Source: Dechloromonas aromatica (nom. nud.)
GTDB taxonomy: Bacteria; Pseudomonadota; Gammaproteobacteria; Burkholderiales; Rhodocyclaceae
Assembly (NCBI GenBank): GCA_004555545.1
Contig: SFHR01000032.1
Location: 16,161 to 40,160, forward strand
Length of the DNA stretch: 24,000 nt
Direction of reading: 5' to 3'
The notes under the pieces were generated by a model. The model worked only from the letters and a program-made list of their open reading frames with translations, was not told the origin of the DNA and made no database searches. Position numbers and translations under genes: made by a program. Of the stretch, positions 1-9,839 are shown one piece after another. Position 1 is the first letter of the stretch. Each line of letters opens with the position of its first letter.

Positions 1-54
1 AAAACAAATAATTAAATTTTTTCATATGATTTTTATACGAAAACACTTTGAAAT

Positions 55-83
55 TTGAAAACAAAATTTTATTTGATTAAAAT
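55..83 (+). promoter_or_regulatory. candidate sigma70 promoter for tRNA-Leu
   Basis: TTGAAA (55-60), 17-bp spacer, TAAAAT (78-83), about 35 nt upstream of the tRNA 5' end. Confidence 0.4.
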
Positions 84-118
84 TCGCAACTTCTTTGTAG
101 CCCTTTTAAAAAAAAAGT

Positions 119-203
119 GCCTATGTGACGGAATTGGTAGACGTGCTAGTTTCAGGTATTAGTGTTGCAAGACGTGGGGGTTCGAGTCCCTTCATAGGCA
201 CCA
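119..203 (+). tRNA. tRNA-Leu (anticodon CAG), long variable arm, encoded CCA
   Basis: Manual cloverleaf: acceptor GCCTATG/CATAGGC, anticodon loop TTCAGGT, long extra arm, T-arm GGGGG-TTCGAGT-CCCTT, 3' ACCA. Confidence 0.9.
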
Positions 204-227
204 AAATTAAGTAAAAAAATATGAACA

Positions 228-275
228 TTTTCCACGAGAATTCTCAAAAATTTTTTGATAAATCTCGTGGAAAAA
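228..275. repeat. CCACGAG palindromic element, full copy 1 (candidate bidirectional terminator)
   Basis: Arms TTTTCCACGAGA (core 232-238) and TCTCGTGGAAAA (core 264-270) around an AAAAATTTTTT centre. Lies between tRNA-Leu and bamD. Confidence 0.9.
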
Positions 276-357
276 TTTTTTATATTTTTTATTTATAAAA
301 TCTTGCGAATTTCAGTAATTCAGTAAATATTTTTTCTTTTTATTTTTTTGATTCTTT

Positions 358-1200
358 ATGTTGATAAAAAAATTTCCATTTTCCGCATTTTCCGCATTTT
401 CCGCATTTTCCTTTTCATTTTTATTTTTATTTTCCTTGCTTTTTGCGTTATTTTTATCCGGATGTTCATCAACGCAAGAAAGGGACGAAACTGTTGGCTG
501 GTCGGCGCAAAAAATTTACTCTACTGCAAAATCTGCTGCCTCTGAAGGACTTTACGAAAAATCCGCAAAATATTTAGAACGCTTGGAAGCCCGTTATCCT
601 TACGGACGCTACGCTCAACAAGCACAATTAGAATTATGTTATGTCTGGTGGAAAGCCGATGAAATCGCTAACGCTTTGGCGGCTTGTGATCGCTTTTTGA
701 AATTACACCCAAATCACCCAAACGCTGACTACATCTATTATTTGAAAGGTCTGATAAATTTCAAAGAAGATTTAGGTTTTGTTGCCTATTTAGGTTCATC
801 TGACCCAAGTGAACGTGATTCTGACGCTTCCAAAGAAGCATTGAATTCCTTTGCCGAATTATTACGGCGTTATCCAAATAGCAAATATGCTCCGGACGCT
901 CAAAAGCGGGTTTTATATCTGGTGAATGCGTTGGCTCAAAAGGAAATCCACGTAGCCAAATATTACATCAAACGCCAAGCATTTTTAGCGGCGGCAAATC
1001 GGGCTCAACAAGTTCTCAAAGATTTCCCGAACACGCCTTCTAACGAGGAAGCGTTGTATATAATGGTTGTTGCTTACAAAGAATTAGGTTTGAGGCAACT
1101 TCACGACGACACCTTGCGAATAATGCAGCAAAATTTTCCGGATTCAAAATATTTCAAAGAAGGATTGTTTGCCGATAAAAAATGGTGGCATCTTTGGTAA
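358..1200 (+). CDS. bamD: outer membrane protein assembly factor BamD (lipoprotein)
   Basis: 280-aa ORF with signal peptide and lipobox LFLSGC. TPR-like body with BamD/YfiO-type motifs (RYPYGRYAQQAQLELCY, YPNSKYAPDA). Confidence 0.9.
   Translation: MLIKKFPFSAFSAFSAFSFSFLFLFSLLFALFLSGCSSTQERDETVGWSAQKIYSTAKSAASEGLYEKSAKYLERLEARYPYGRYAQQAQLELCYVWWKADEIANALAACDRFLKLHPNHPNADYIYYLKGLINFKEDLGFVAYLGSSDPSERDSDASKEALNSFAELLRRYPNSKYAPDAQKRVLYLVNALAQKEIHVAKYYIKRQAFLAAANRAQQVLKDFPNTPSNEEALYIMVVAYKELGLRQLHDDTLRIMQQNFPDSKYFKEGLFADKKWWHLW
378..411. repeat. 9-bp tandem repeat ATTTTCCGC x ~3.8 inside the bamD signal peptide
   Basis: Perfect units at 378-386, 387-395 and 396-404 plus a partial unit. Encodes FSAFSAFSAFS in the signal-peptide h-region. 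Confidence 0.9.
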
Positions 1201-1201
1201 A

Positions 1202-1237
1202 GTAAAAAGCAAAAAGCAAAAAGCAAAAAGTAAAAAA
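1202..1237. repeat. 7-bp tandem repeat G(C/T)AAAAA x5
   Basis: Read directly; starts immediately after the bamD stop. Confidence 0.85.
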
Positions 1238-1250
1238 GCACAAAAACAAA

Positions 1251-1298
1251 TTTCCACGAGAAATCTCAAAAAATTTTTGGGAAATCTCGTGGAAAAAA
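1251..1298. repeat. CCACGAG palindromic element, full copy 2
   Basis: Cores at 1254-1260 and 1286-1292 with an AAAAAATTTTT centre. Lies between bamD and holA. Confidence 0.9.
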
Positions 1299-1305
1299 TT
1301 CTATT

Positions 1306-1335
1306 CAAATCAAGTCAAATCAAATCAAATCAAAA
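1306..1335. repeat. 5-bp tandem repeat CAAAT x6
   Basis: Read directly; ends 3 nt before the holA ATG. Confidence 0.85.
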
Positions 1336-1337
1336 TT

Positions 1338-2393
1338 ATGCAAATCATCGCAAATACAAAATCTTTGAATAAGTTGGAAAAACCTATTTATCTGATTTTT
1401 GGCAATGAACCTTTATTGATTTTGGAAACCGCCGATTTAATTCGTAACAAAGCCGTCAAACAAGGTTTCAGCGACCGCAAAATTTTAACCGTAATTCATA
1501 ACGCTTTTTCTTGGAATGAATTGCCAGCCGCCGTCGGCAGTATGTCGCTGTTTGGCGATAAAACGCTGGTTGATTTGCGAATTCCCAACGGCAAACTCGG
1601 CAAAGACGGCAGCAAGGAAATTGTCAGTTGGTGCAACAATATCAATTCTTACGCAAAGTCTGCGTTGTTGCTGATTACAATGCCGGAATTATCTTGGCAA
1701 GACGAAAAAGCCGCTTGGTTTCAGAGCATAGACAAAGTCGGCGAAATCTTTAAAGTCGTCGCTCCAAAATCCGAAGAATTACCAAAATGGTTAGCAATGC
1801 GTTTGCAAAAATATAAATTATCAACCGACGAGGAATCTTTGCGTTATATCGCCGAACGCGTGGAAGGAAATTTGTTAGCAGCACATCAGGAAATCCAAAA
1901 ATTAGCATTGATTTATGCAGATTCCGAAAACCAAACCTCGCTAAATTTGGAGCAAATCAAAGCGGCGTTAGTTGATGTGGCTCGTTATGATTTGGACGAT
2001 TTACGCCAGATTTTTTTGAGCGGTGATTTGCCTAAATTTTCAAAAATCTTACAAAATTTATTGCAAGAAGGCGAACCGCTAACCTTGATTGTTTGGGCAA
2101 TCAGCGAGGACGTGCGGAGTTTATACATTTTAAAAAATATGCAGATTTCCAGCGGAGAAAATAATTTTGCCGTATTGTTCAAAAAATGCAATATTTGGGG
2201 AATTCGGCAGACGTGGCTAAAAGTTGCGTTACAAAAAATGCAGTCAGAAAAATCCGTAAATTGGATTGCCAGATTAGCTCGGGCGTTGGAAGTTTGTGCC
2301 GCCTTAGATAAAAAAATCAAAGGTGCGGATCGCTTTGAGCAACCCATTTTAGAATTATTGCTACGCTTGGCGTTGGTGTTGTATAAAAAATAA
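1338..2393 (+). CDS. holA: DNA polymerase III delta subunit
   Basis: 351-aa ORF. N-terminus PIYLIFGNEPLLILETADLIR and central EGNLLAAHQEIQKL are typical HolA motifs. Confidence 0.85.
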   Translation: MQIIANTKSLNKLEKPIYLIFGNEPLLILETADLIRNKAVKQGFSDRKILTVIHNAFSWNELPAAVGSMSLFGDKTLVDLRIPNGKLGKDGSKEIVSWCNNINSYAKSALLLITMPELSWQDEKAAWFQSIDKVGEIFKVVAPKSEELPKWLAMRLQKYKLSTDEESLRYIAERVEGNLLAAHQEIQKLALIYADSENQTSLNLEQIKAALVDVARYDLDDLRQIFLSGDLPKFSKILQNLLQEGEPLTLIVWAISEDVRSLYILKNMQISSGENNFAVLFKKCNIWGIRQTWLKVALQKMQSEKSVNWIARLARALEVCAALDKKIKGADRFEQPILELLLRLALVLYKK

Positions 2394-2394
2394 A

Positions 2395-2439
2395 TTTTCC
2401 ACGAGATTTTCAAAAATTTTTTTAGAAATCTCGTGGAAA
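2395..2439. repeat. CCACGAG palindromic element, full copy 3
   Basis: Cores at 2399-2405 and 2430-2436. Begins 2 nt after the holA stop, in the convergent holA/miaA gap. Confidence 0.9.
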
Positions 2440-2446
2440 TTTGTTT

Positions 2447-3454
2447 TTAAGTATTTTCCATTACGATTTTTTTCAATTGCAAATATAAATCTTCGCGTTC
2501 GCTATTATTTTGGCTGATTCCGAAATTCTGACAATCTGCGTTTAAAACCTTGTTATTTTTTAGCCACGTAATCTGACGTTTTGCCAACTGCCGAGTTGCG
2601 GCGATGCCTTTAAAAATTAAATCTGCTTGGGAATTTGAATCTGGATTTTCTAAAAATTGCCAAACTTGCCGATAACCAACGCAACGCATAGAACTATGAT
2701 TTTGAGTTAAACCGAGTGGCAAATATTTTTGCCGAATTTGCTGGACTTCATTGATAAAACCATTTGCTAACATTTGTAAAAATCGTTGCTCTATGAGTTG
2801 ATGCAAAAACGCACGTTGCTCCGGATTTTGCGGATATAAAGCAAATTTATGAATTTGATAATTTTCCTTAAACAAAAAATTATTTTGATTTTGATTTTGC
2901 TTTTCTGCATACTTGGAAAGCGGAATTTTAGCGGCATAAAAAACTTCCAAAGCCCGTTGAATTCTTTGACTATCATTTGGCGACAATCTTTTTGCCGTGA
3001 TTTCATCAACTTCTTGCAATTTTTTATATAAATACGGCAAACCAAAATTTTGCAAATCGCTATCAATTTGCTGTCGGATTTCTGCATTTGCGGACGGCAA
3101 ATCTGCCAAACCGTTCAGCAGAGCGTAAAAATACATAGTTGTGCCGCCAACTAAAACGGGAATTTGATGATTTTTGATGGCGTTTTCTATGCAAATTTTG
3201 ACGTCCTTACAAAAATTTGCCACATCATAATTTTGTAACGGCGAAATCAAATCTACCAAACTATGCGGATATTTTTGGAGCATTTGTGCCGATGGCTTGG
3301 CGGTTCCGATATTCATTTCGCGGAAAACTAAGGCAGAATCAACGCTGATAATTTTGATTTTTTTGCCGCCGAACTCGTCATATAAACGACAAACCAAATC
3401 GGTTTTTCCGGAGGCGGTAGTTCCCATAAGCAAAATTACGCTTTTATTGTTCAT
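2447..3454 (-). CDS. miaA: tRNA dimethylallyltransferase
   Basis: 335-aa ORF with P-loop GTTASGKT, VDSALVFREMNIGTAKP and VLVGGTTMYF, matching MiaA. Contains a QNQNQN insert encoded by (ATTTTG)3 at about 2883-2902. Confidence 0.9.
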   Translation of the reverse strand: MNNKSVILLMGTTASGKTDLVCRLYDEFGGKKIKIISVDSALVFREMNIGTAKPSAQMLQKYPHSLVDLISPLQNYDVANFCKDVKICIENAIKNHQIPVLVGGTTMYFYALLNGLADLPSANAEIRQQIDSDLQNFGLPYLYKKLQEVDEITAKRLSPNDSQRIQRALEVFYAAKIPLSKYAEKQNQNQNNFLFKENYQIHKFALYPQNPEQRAFLHQLIEQRFLQMLANGFINEVQQIRQKYLPLGLTQNHSSMRCVGYRQVWQFLENPDSNSQADLIFKGIAATRQLAKRQITWLKNNKVLNADCQNFGISQNNSEREDLYLQLKKIVMENT

Positions 3455-3480
3455 ATTTTTTGAATTGTTGATTCTTAGAT

Positions 3481-3548
3481 TTTTTCCACGAGATTTTGAT
3501 AAAAATTTTTAAAAATTTTTAAAAATTTTTTGCTAATTCTCGTGGAAA
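3481..3548. repeat. CCACGAG palindromic element, full copy 4, with expanded spacer
   Basis: Cores at 3486-3492 and 3539-3545. The spacer holds a perfect (AAAAATTTTT)x3 at 3501-3530. Confidence 0.9.
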
Positions 3549-3551
3549 TTT

Positions 3552-3600
3552 TTATTACTTTTATTACTTTTATTACTTTTATTATTTTTATTATTTTTTA
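3552..3600. repeat. 9-bp tandem repeat TTATTACTT x3, then 2 degenerate units
   Basis: Read directly; overlaps the stop codon of the response-regulator gene. Confidence 0.85.
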
Positions 3601-4739
3601 TTTTTTGAATTTGTTGGCAAATTTAAGTTTTCTGCTTCTATGGTGTTATTGGTTGATAATATCAAAGCCCGTTGGATTACATTTTCCAACTCGCGGACAT
3701 TACCTTTCCAGTCATAATTTATCAGAGCTTGTTGAGCCGCCTCCGATAACGCCATTCCTTTTCGGTGAAATTGTTCGCTATGCTTGGCTAAAAGTTGTTT
3801 GGCAATCGTTACAATGTCTTCTTTGCGTTCGCGTAACGCCGGAATTTTGATGGGAAATACGTTAAGCCGGTAATACAAATCTTCACGGAAAATTCCTTGT
3901 TTGACTGCTTCTAACATATCTCGGTTGGAAGTTGCAATCACGCGAACATTTAATTCTATGGTTTTTTTCCCGCCGAGCCGTTCTACTTCTTTTTCTTGTA
4001 GAATTCGCAATAATTTGGATTGCAAATTTAACGGCATTTCGGTGATTTCATCTAATAATAACGTGCCATCTTGAGCTTGTTCAAATTTTCCCGGAGATGC
4101 AGTATTCGCACCGGTGAAAGCACCTTTTTCGTAACCAAAAAGTGTAGCTTCCAATAGATTTTCCGGAATCGCCGCACAATTTATAGCCACAAAAGGTTTA
4201 TCGCTACGATTTGAATTTTGGTGAATAAATTTGGCGACTACTTCTTTGCCGGTTCCGGATTCGCCGGTTAATAGCACGGTTGCATCAGTTTGAGCTACAC
4301 GTAAAGCCATAGCGAACATATTTTTGCTCACCGGAGAAATATCAACAATATTGACATTATTGCCGCCGATTTGGAAATTTTGCAACTCATATTTTTTGAT
4401 GATATCTAACAAAGATTTTGGCTCAAAAGGTTTGAGTAGAAATTCACAAGCACCGCTTTTCATAGCTTCTACGGCTTTATCAACTTCAGCATAAGCGGTC
4501 ATCAAAACAACCGGCAGATGCGGTAATTTTTCGCGGATTTTCTTGAGCAGCGTTAAGCCGTCCATAGGCATCATCCGCACATCGCTGATAACAATAGAAA
4601 AAGCAACTTCGGAAAGAATTTTCAAAGCCGCTTTACCGCCATCAACGGCGTGAAATTCTCGGTTAGATAATTCCAAAGTATCACAAATGGCTTCCCGCAA
4701 ACAAGGATCGTCCTCAACAATTAAGATTGGTAAGTTCAT
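3591..4739 (-). CDS. sigma54-dependent response regulator (REC + AAA+), no C-terminal HTH domain
   Basis: 382 aa. REC domain (DDP...SDVRMMPMDG...KP). AAA+ with Walker A GESGTGKE, GAFTGA motif and Walker B LLLDEI. The protein ends about 25 aa after GNVRELEN. Confidence 0.85.
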   Translation of the reverse strand: MNLPILIVEDDPCLREAICDTLELSNREFHAVDGGKAALKILSEVAFSIVISDVRMMPMDGLTLLKKIREKLPHLPVVLMTAYAEVDKAVEAMKSGACEFLLKPFEPKSLLDIIKKYELQNFQIGGNNVNIVDISPVSKNMFAMALRVAQTDATVLLTGESGTGKEVVAKFIHQNSNRSDKPFVAINCAAIPENLLEATLFGYEKGAFTGANTASPGKFEQAQDGTLLLDEITEMPLNLQSKLLRILQEKEVERLGGKKTIELNVRVIATSNRDMLEAVKQGIFREDLYYRLNVFPIKIPALRERKEDIVTIAKQLLAKHSEQFHRKGMALSEAAQQALINYDWKGNVRELENVIQRALILSTNNTIEAENLNLPTNSKNKK

Positions 4740-4773
4740 AATTTTTATTTCATATTTTTTTGTATATTCTTAT

Positions 4774-5910
4774 TTAAAACACTACCAAATTATCGCGATT
4801 TATCAATTCAGGTTCTTGGATAAAACCCAAAATTTCGGCGATTTTATTGCTCGGTTGTTTTAGCAATCTTTGCGACTGGCTATGGTTATAATTTATCAAG
4901 CCACGTGCGATTTCTTTTTCTGGATCACTTTCGGCGTAAATGCCGACCAACTCGCCACGCACGAAATTTCCTTGCAAACGCACTACGCCGATGGGCAATA
5001 AACTTTTATTTTCTTGCAGAGCTTTTTTGGCACCTTCGTCTATGAATAATTTTCCGGCGACTTGCAAGTGATCCAAAATCCATAACTTTTTGGAATTTTG
5101 CGAATTTTGCGGATTGCTTTCGGCGGATAAAAACGTGCCGAGATTTTTGCCATCAGCTATGCGTAACAAAACATCTGGCTCTTTGCCGTTGGCGATAATT
5201 GTATGCGTTCGGCTTTGAGCGGCTCGTTTGGCGGCTAAAATTTTGGTAATCATTCCGCCTTTGCTGAGCGTGGAAGCGGCTCCACCAGCCATAGTTTCTA
5301 AAACCGGATCTCCGGCGATGGCATTTTGGACTAATTTTGCATCCGGATTTTTACGTGGATCGCTGTCGTATAAACCATTTTGGTCGGTCAAGATAACTAA
5401 CAAATCCGCTGCACAAGTATGAGCCACCAACGCTCCGAGCGTGTCGTTATCACCGAATTTGATTTCGTCCGTAGAAACGGTATCATTTTCGTTGATAATC
5501 GGAATAGTTTTGAGTTTTAGCAATTCCAACAACGTCGCCCGAGTATTTAGGTAGCGAGTTCGGTCAGCGTGATCTTCGTGAGTTAGCAAAATTTGAGCAG
5601 TTATCAGACCATATTTTCCGAAAATTTGTTCGTAGCCATTTGCCAGACGCATTTGCCCGATCGCAGCACAAGCTTGTAATTCCGGAAGTAAAGTCGGGCG
5701 CGAAGTTTTGCCGAGTCGTTGAAATCCACAGACAATTGCTCCGGAAGAGACCAAAATAATTTCGTGATTACTTTCTATGAGTTTGGCGATTTGCTTTGCC
5801 CATTGGTTGATTAGTTCAAAATCAAAACCTTTACCGTTATCGGTCACCAAAGCCGAACCAACTTTGATAACCCAGCGTTTGCATTGTTGGATTTGTAAAT
5901 TTTTTTGCAT
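4774..5910 (-). CDS. proB: glutamate 5-kinase (with PUA domain)
   Basis: 378-aa ORF. WVIKVGSALVT, VSSGAI, INENDTV and FGDNDTL motifs, plus a C-terminal PUA-like region. Confidence 0.9.
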   Translation of the reverse strand: MQKNLQIQQCKRWVIKVGSALVTDNGKGFDFELINQWAKQIAKLIESNHEIILVSSGAIVCGFQRLGKTSRPTLLPELQACAAIGQMRLANGYEQIFGKYGLITAQILLTHEDHADRTRYLNTRATLLELLKLKTIPIINENDTVSTDEIKFGDNDTLGALVAHTCAADLLVILTDQNGLYDSDPRKNPDAKLVQNAIAGDPVLETMAGGAASTLSKGGMITKILAAKRAAQSRTHTIIANGKEPDVLLRIADGKNLGTFLSAESNPQNSQNSKKLWILDHLQVAGKLFIDEGAKKALQENKSLLPIGVVRLQGNFVRGELVGIYAESDPEKEIARGLINYNHSQSQRLLKQPSNKIAEILGFIQEPELINRDNLVVF

Positions 5911-5920
5911 TTGAATTTTT

Positions 5921-7166
<1,246 letters not shown>

Positions 7167-7185
7167 TTTTGTTGAAAAATTTTAC

Positions 7186-7443
7186 TTATAAATCTGCTTT
7201 TTGCAAAATTTCATACGCTTTACATTTCAGTGCCTGAGAAATTTTGAGTAAATTCAGCAGAGTTAAATTACTTTCGCCGCGTTCAATTTTTCCCATATGA
7301 CCTCTATCAACGCCACTTTCGAACGCTAATTGTTCTTGAGAAAATTTAGCAGTTAAATTTTTACGGACATCTTTTATTGCTTCACCTAATTTTTTTAAGT
7401 CGCCGTTTTCATCAATTTTTGCGGAAATTCTGATTTTTGCCAT
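7186..7443 (-). CDS. XRE-family helix-turn-helix transcriptional regulator
   Basis: 85 aa from MAKIRISAKI. HTH_3-like core FSQEQLAFESGVDRGHMGKIERGESNLTLLNLLKISQAL. ATG at 7443 preferred over the upstream ORF-track start. Confidence 0.75.
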   Translation of the reverse strand: MAKIRISAKIDENGDLKKLGEAIKDVRKNLTAKFSQEQLAFESGVDRGHMGKIERGESNLTLLNLLKISQALKCKAYEILQKADL

Positions 7444-7478
7444 AATGCGAGAAGTATTAAACAAAACAGCAAATATAA

Positions 7479-7525
7479 CCACTTTATTTATTTCCACTTT
7501 ATTTATTACTCTTTTTTTGTATAAT
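7479..7525 (+). promoter_or_regulatory. direct-repeat candidate operator plus extended -10 in the XRE / Sel1 divergent region
   Basis: CCACTTTATTTATT occurs twice (7479-7492, 7494-7507), followed by TGTATAAT at 7518-7525. The same TGTATAATGCAAA block forms the tRNA-Phe promoter -10. Confidence 0.4.
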
Positions 7526-7583
7526 GCAAAATATTTTCACAAACAATATTTTTAACTTAAATAACAAAAAAGGAGTTTTTATT

Positions 7584-7838
7584 ATGGCAATGGGATTATT
7601 TACAGCTATAATTGACGGTGTAAGAGCCGGTTTGAATTATGATATCGCAAGAGATGTGAGATGGGCAAAAGAAGGTGATGTAAATGCCCAAGTCAGATTA
7701 GCTTATAGATTTTTAAGGGGTGATGGGCAGTTCCAAGATAATGATGAAGCATTAAAATGGTTTAGAAGAGCTGCTCATAATGGTTCTGAACTTGCAAAAC
7801 AAGAATTAGAAAAACTGAATTCTATGGGAATTTATTAA
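7584..7838 (+). CDS. small Sel1-like repeat (SLR) protein
   Basis: 84 aa from the ATG at 7584, preceded by AGGAG (7571-7575). AKEGDVNAQVRLAYRFLRGDGQFQDNDEALKWFRRAAHNGSELA fits the Sel1 repeat consensus. Confidence 0.7.
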   Translation: MAMGLFTAIIDGVRAGLNYDIARDVRWAKEGDVNAQVRLAYRFLRGDGQFQDNDEALKWFRRAAHNGSELAKQELEKLNSMGIY

Positions 7839-7853
7839 AAATATTGAAAAGCA

Positions 7854-7899
7854 TTTTCCACGAGATTTCTAAAAAATTTTTTAGATTTCTCGTGGAAAA
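7854..7899. repeat. CCACGAG palindromic element, full copy 7
   Basis: Cores at 7858-7864 and 7889-7895. In the convergent gap between the Sel1 gene and the gmhA-like gene. Confidence 0.9.
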
Positions 7900-7928
7900 T
7901 TTTTATTTTTTTTATTTTTATGTTTTGT

Positions 7929-8531
7929 TTATTTATTTTCCAAACCTAATAATTTTGCGTCTATTCCATCGCACAAACAATGCAGAGTTAGCAAATGGAT
8001 TTCTTGGATTCTCGCTGTGCGGTCGTGAGGAACACAAATATTTATATCACTTTCTTTAAGTTTATTGGCGATTTCTCCTCCGCCTTTGCCTGTTAGTGCT
8101 ACAACGTGCATATCGCTGTCGTGAGCGGCTTTGATGGCTTGTAAAACATTTGAGGAATTACCAGAAGTAGAAATTGCTAACAAAACATCGCCAACATTTC
8201 CTAATGCACGAACTTGCTTGGCGAACACTTGCGAAAAATCATAATCATTGCCGACCGCCGTCAAAATGGATGTATCGGTGCTTAAAGCAACGGCGGCAAG
8301 TTCTTGGCGTTCAATTTCAAAACGTCCGACCAACTCGGCGGCAAAATGTTGAGCGTCGGCAGCGGATCCGCCATTTCCGCAAGATAAAATTTTGCCTCCG
8401 TTCATCAGTGTAGCGACCATTAAATTGATGGCTTCAACGATTTTTGGCATCAAAATTTTTTCGGAATCCATATGGCATTGTATGCTTTGCTGAAATTGTC
8501 CGCTGATGCGTTCGTATAAAAAGTTAAACAT
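7929..8531 (-). CDS. SIS-domain phosphoheptose isomerase family protein (GmhA/DiaA-like)
   Basis: 200 aa. GNGGSAADAQHFAAELVGRF, TAVGNDYDFSQVF and LLAISTSGNSSNV are typical of GmhA/DiaA. The two subfamilies cannot be separated by eye. Confidence 0.8.
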   Translation of the reverse strand: MFNFLYERISGQFQQSIQCHMDSEKILMPKIVEAINLMVATLMNGGKILSCGNGGSAADAQHFAAELVGRFEIERQELAAVALSTDTSILTAVGNDYDFSQVFAKQVRALGNVGDVLLAISTSGNSSNVLQAIKAAHDSDMHVVALTGKGGGEIANKLKESDINICVPHDRTARIQEIHLLTLHCLCDGIDAKLLGLENK

Positions 8532-8538
8532 TTTGCTA

Positions 8539-8555
8539 TTTTTCCACGAGATTTA
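8539..8555. repeat. CCACGAG element, half copy (left arm only)
   Basis: TTTTTCCACGAGATTT (core 8544-8550). The expected right arm is replaced by tandem arrays. Confidence 0.7.
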
Positions 8556-8560
8556 TAATT

Positions 8561-8614
8561 TTTTTTATAGATTTTTATAGATTTTTATATATTTATAAAT
8601 TTATAAATTTATAA
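8561..8614. repeat. compound tandem repeat: 10-bp ATTTTTATAG-like x3, then 8-bp ATTTATAA x3
   Basis: Read directly (8561-8590 and 8591-8614); overlaps the ispG stop codon. Confidence 0.85.
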
Positions 8615-9823
8615 AAAAGTTTGCTTTATGTAATTTTCTATGATTTTGATGAATTCTTTGAATAATTCTTCAGCGTTACCTTTCAAAGTTGCGATTTTTT
8701 TGCCATCAACATAAACCGGAGCGGCTGGTTCTTCGCCGGTTCCGGGCAAGGAAATTCCTATGTGAGCGTGTTTAGATTCTCCGGGCCCATTGACTATGCA
8801 GCCCATAATGGCGATATTCAACATTTCCACGCCCGGATATAAAACTTTCCAAGTCGGCATCTGCGTTTGCAAATATAAATTTACATCTTCGGCTAATTTT
8901 TGAAAAACCGTGCTGGTAGTTCTGCCACAACCTGGACAAGCAATAACGGTTGGTTTGAAAGCCCGTAAATTCAAACTCTGCAAGATTTCTTGAGCAACTC
9001 GCACCTCATCACAACGGGAGCCGTTCGGAGTTGGAGTCAGAGAAATTCGGATAGTATCGCCAATTCCTTGATTTAACAAAATCGCCAACGCCGCCGTAGA
9101 AGAAACAATTCCCGGAATTCCCATTCCAGCTTCGGTCAATCCCAAATGTAAAGCATAATTGCAGCGTTTAGATAATTCTGTATAAACGCTGATTAAATCT
9201 GGCACCGCAGAAACTTTGCACGATAAAATGATTTGCTGTTTTGGCAAACCTATTTTTTCGGCGATTTCTGCGGATTGCAAAGCTGAAGTAATCAAAGCAT
9301 TCTGCAAAACTTGCTCGGCGGAAAGCGGATTTTGGCGTTGTTTATTGTTATCCATTTCGGCGGCTAACACGCTTTGATCCAAACTGCCCCAATTTACGCC
9401 GATTCTGATCGGCTTGTTATATTTACAAGCCATTTCAATCATTGTGGCGAATTGCTGATCTTTTTTGCTACCAAAACCGACGTTGCCCGGATTTATGCGA
9501 TATTTGGCTAAACTTTTGGCACAATCTGGGAAATCTTGCAAAAGTTTATGTCCGTTGTAATGAAAATCGCCAATTAAAGGCACGTGGCAATTTTGCTTAT
9601 CTAAATTTTCCACGATTTTTGGAATTGCGGCGGCGGCTTGTTCATTATTGACGGTCAGACGCACCAACTCCGAACCAGCGTTGGCAAGTTCCAAACATTG
9701 CTGAGTAGTTTTTGCTACATCAGCGGTATCCGTGTTAGTCATAGATTGCACAACCACCGGAGCATCGCCGCCGATTTTGATATTTCCGATTTGCGTGGAA
9801 AATGTAGTTTTTTTGCTTTGCAT
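8609..9823 (-). CDS. ispG: 4-hydroxy-3-methylbut-2-en-1-yl diphosphate synthase
   Basis: 404-aa [31 protein letters not shown] and NGPGE motifs of IspG/GcpE. Confidence 0.92.
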   Translation of the reverse strand: MQSKKTTFSTQIGNIKIGGDAPVVVQSMTNTDTADVAKTTQQCLELANAGSELVRLTVNNEQAAAAIPKIVENLDKQNCHVPLIGDFHYNGHKLLQDFPDCAKSLAKYRINPGNVGFGSKKDQQFATMIEMACKYNKPIRIGVNWGSLDQSVLAAEMDNNKQRQNPLSAEQVLQNALITSALQSAEIAEKIGLPKQQIILSCKVSAVPDLISVYTELSKRCNYALHLGLTEAGMGIPGIVSSTAALAILLNQGIGDTIRISLTPTPNGSRCDEVRVAQEILQSLNLRAFKPTVIACPGCGRTTSTVFQKLAEDVNLYLQTQMPTWKVLYPGVEMLNIAIMGCIVNGPGESKHAHIGISLPGTGEEPAAPVYVDGKKIATLKGNAEELFKEFIKIIENYIKQTFL

Positions 9824-9839
9824 AATTGTTTATTTATGT

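Noticed and set aside
1169-1372. Small ORFs spanning the elements that share ISTRNLK(K/N)FL.NLVE peptides (1169-1372, 16108-16320; also 348-545, 3530-3850, 7844-8059, 18559-18756)
   Set aside because: Their similarity is simply translation of the palindromic element and adjacent tandem arrays. They are low-complexity, lack an RBS, and overlap better-supported genes.
7524-7583. The longer Sel1 ORF starting at 7524
   Set aside because: That ATG overlaps the predicted -10 hexamer and has no RBS. The ATG at 7584 follows a good AGGAG at 8-nt spacing.
9604-9618. Arm-like fragments in ispG (TTTTCCACGATTTTT), valS (~12568, TTCCACGCGG) and the kinase gene (~17411, ATCTCGTGCC)
   Set aside because: Each lacks the full CCACGAG/CTCGTGG core. 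They are too degenerate to distinguish from chance or ordinary coding sequence, so they were not counted as element copies.
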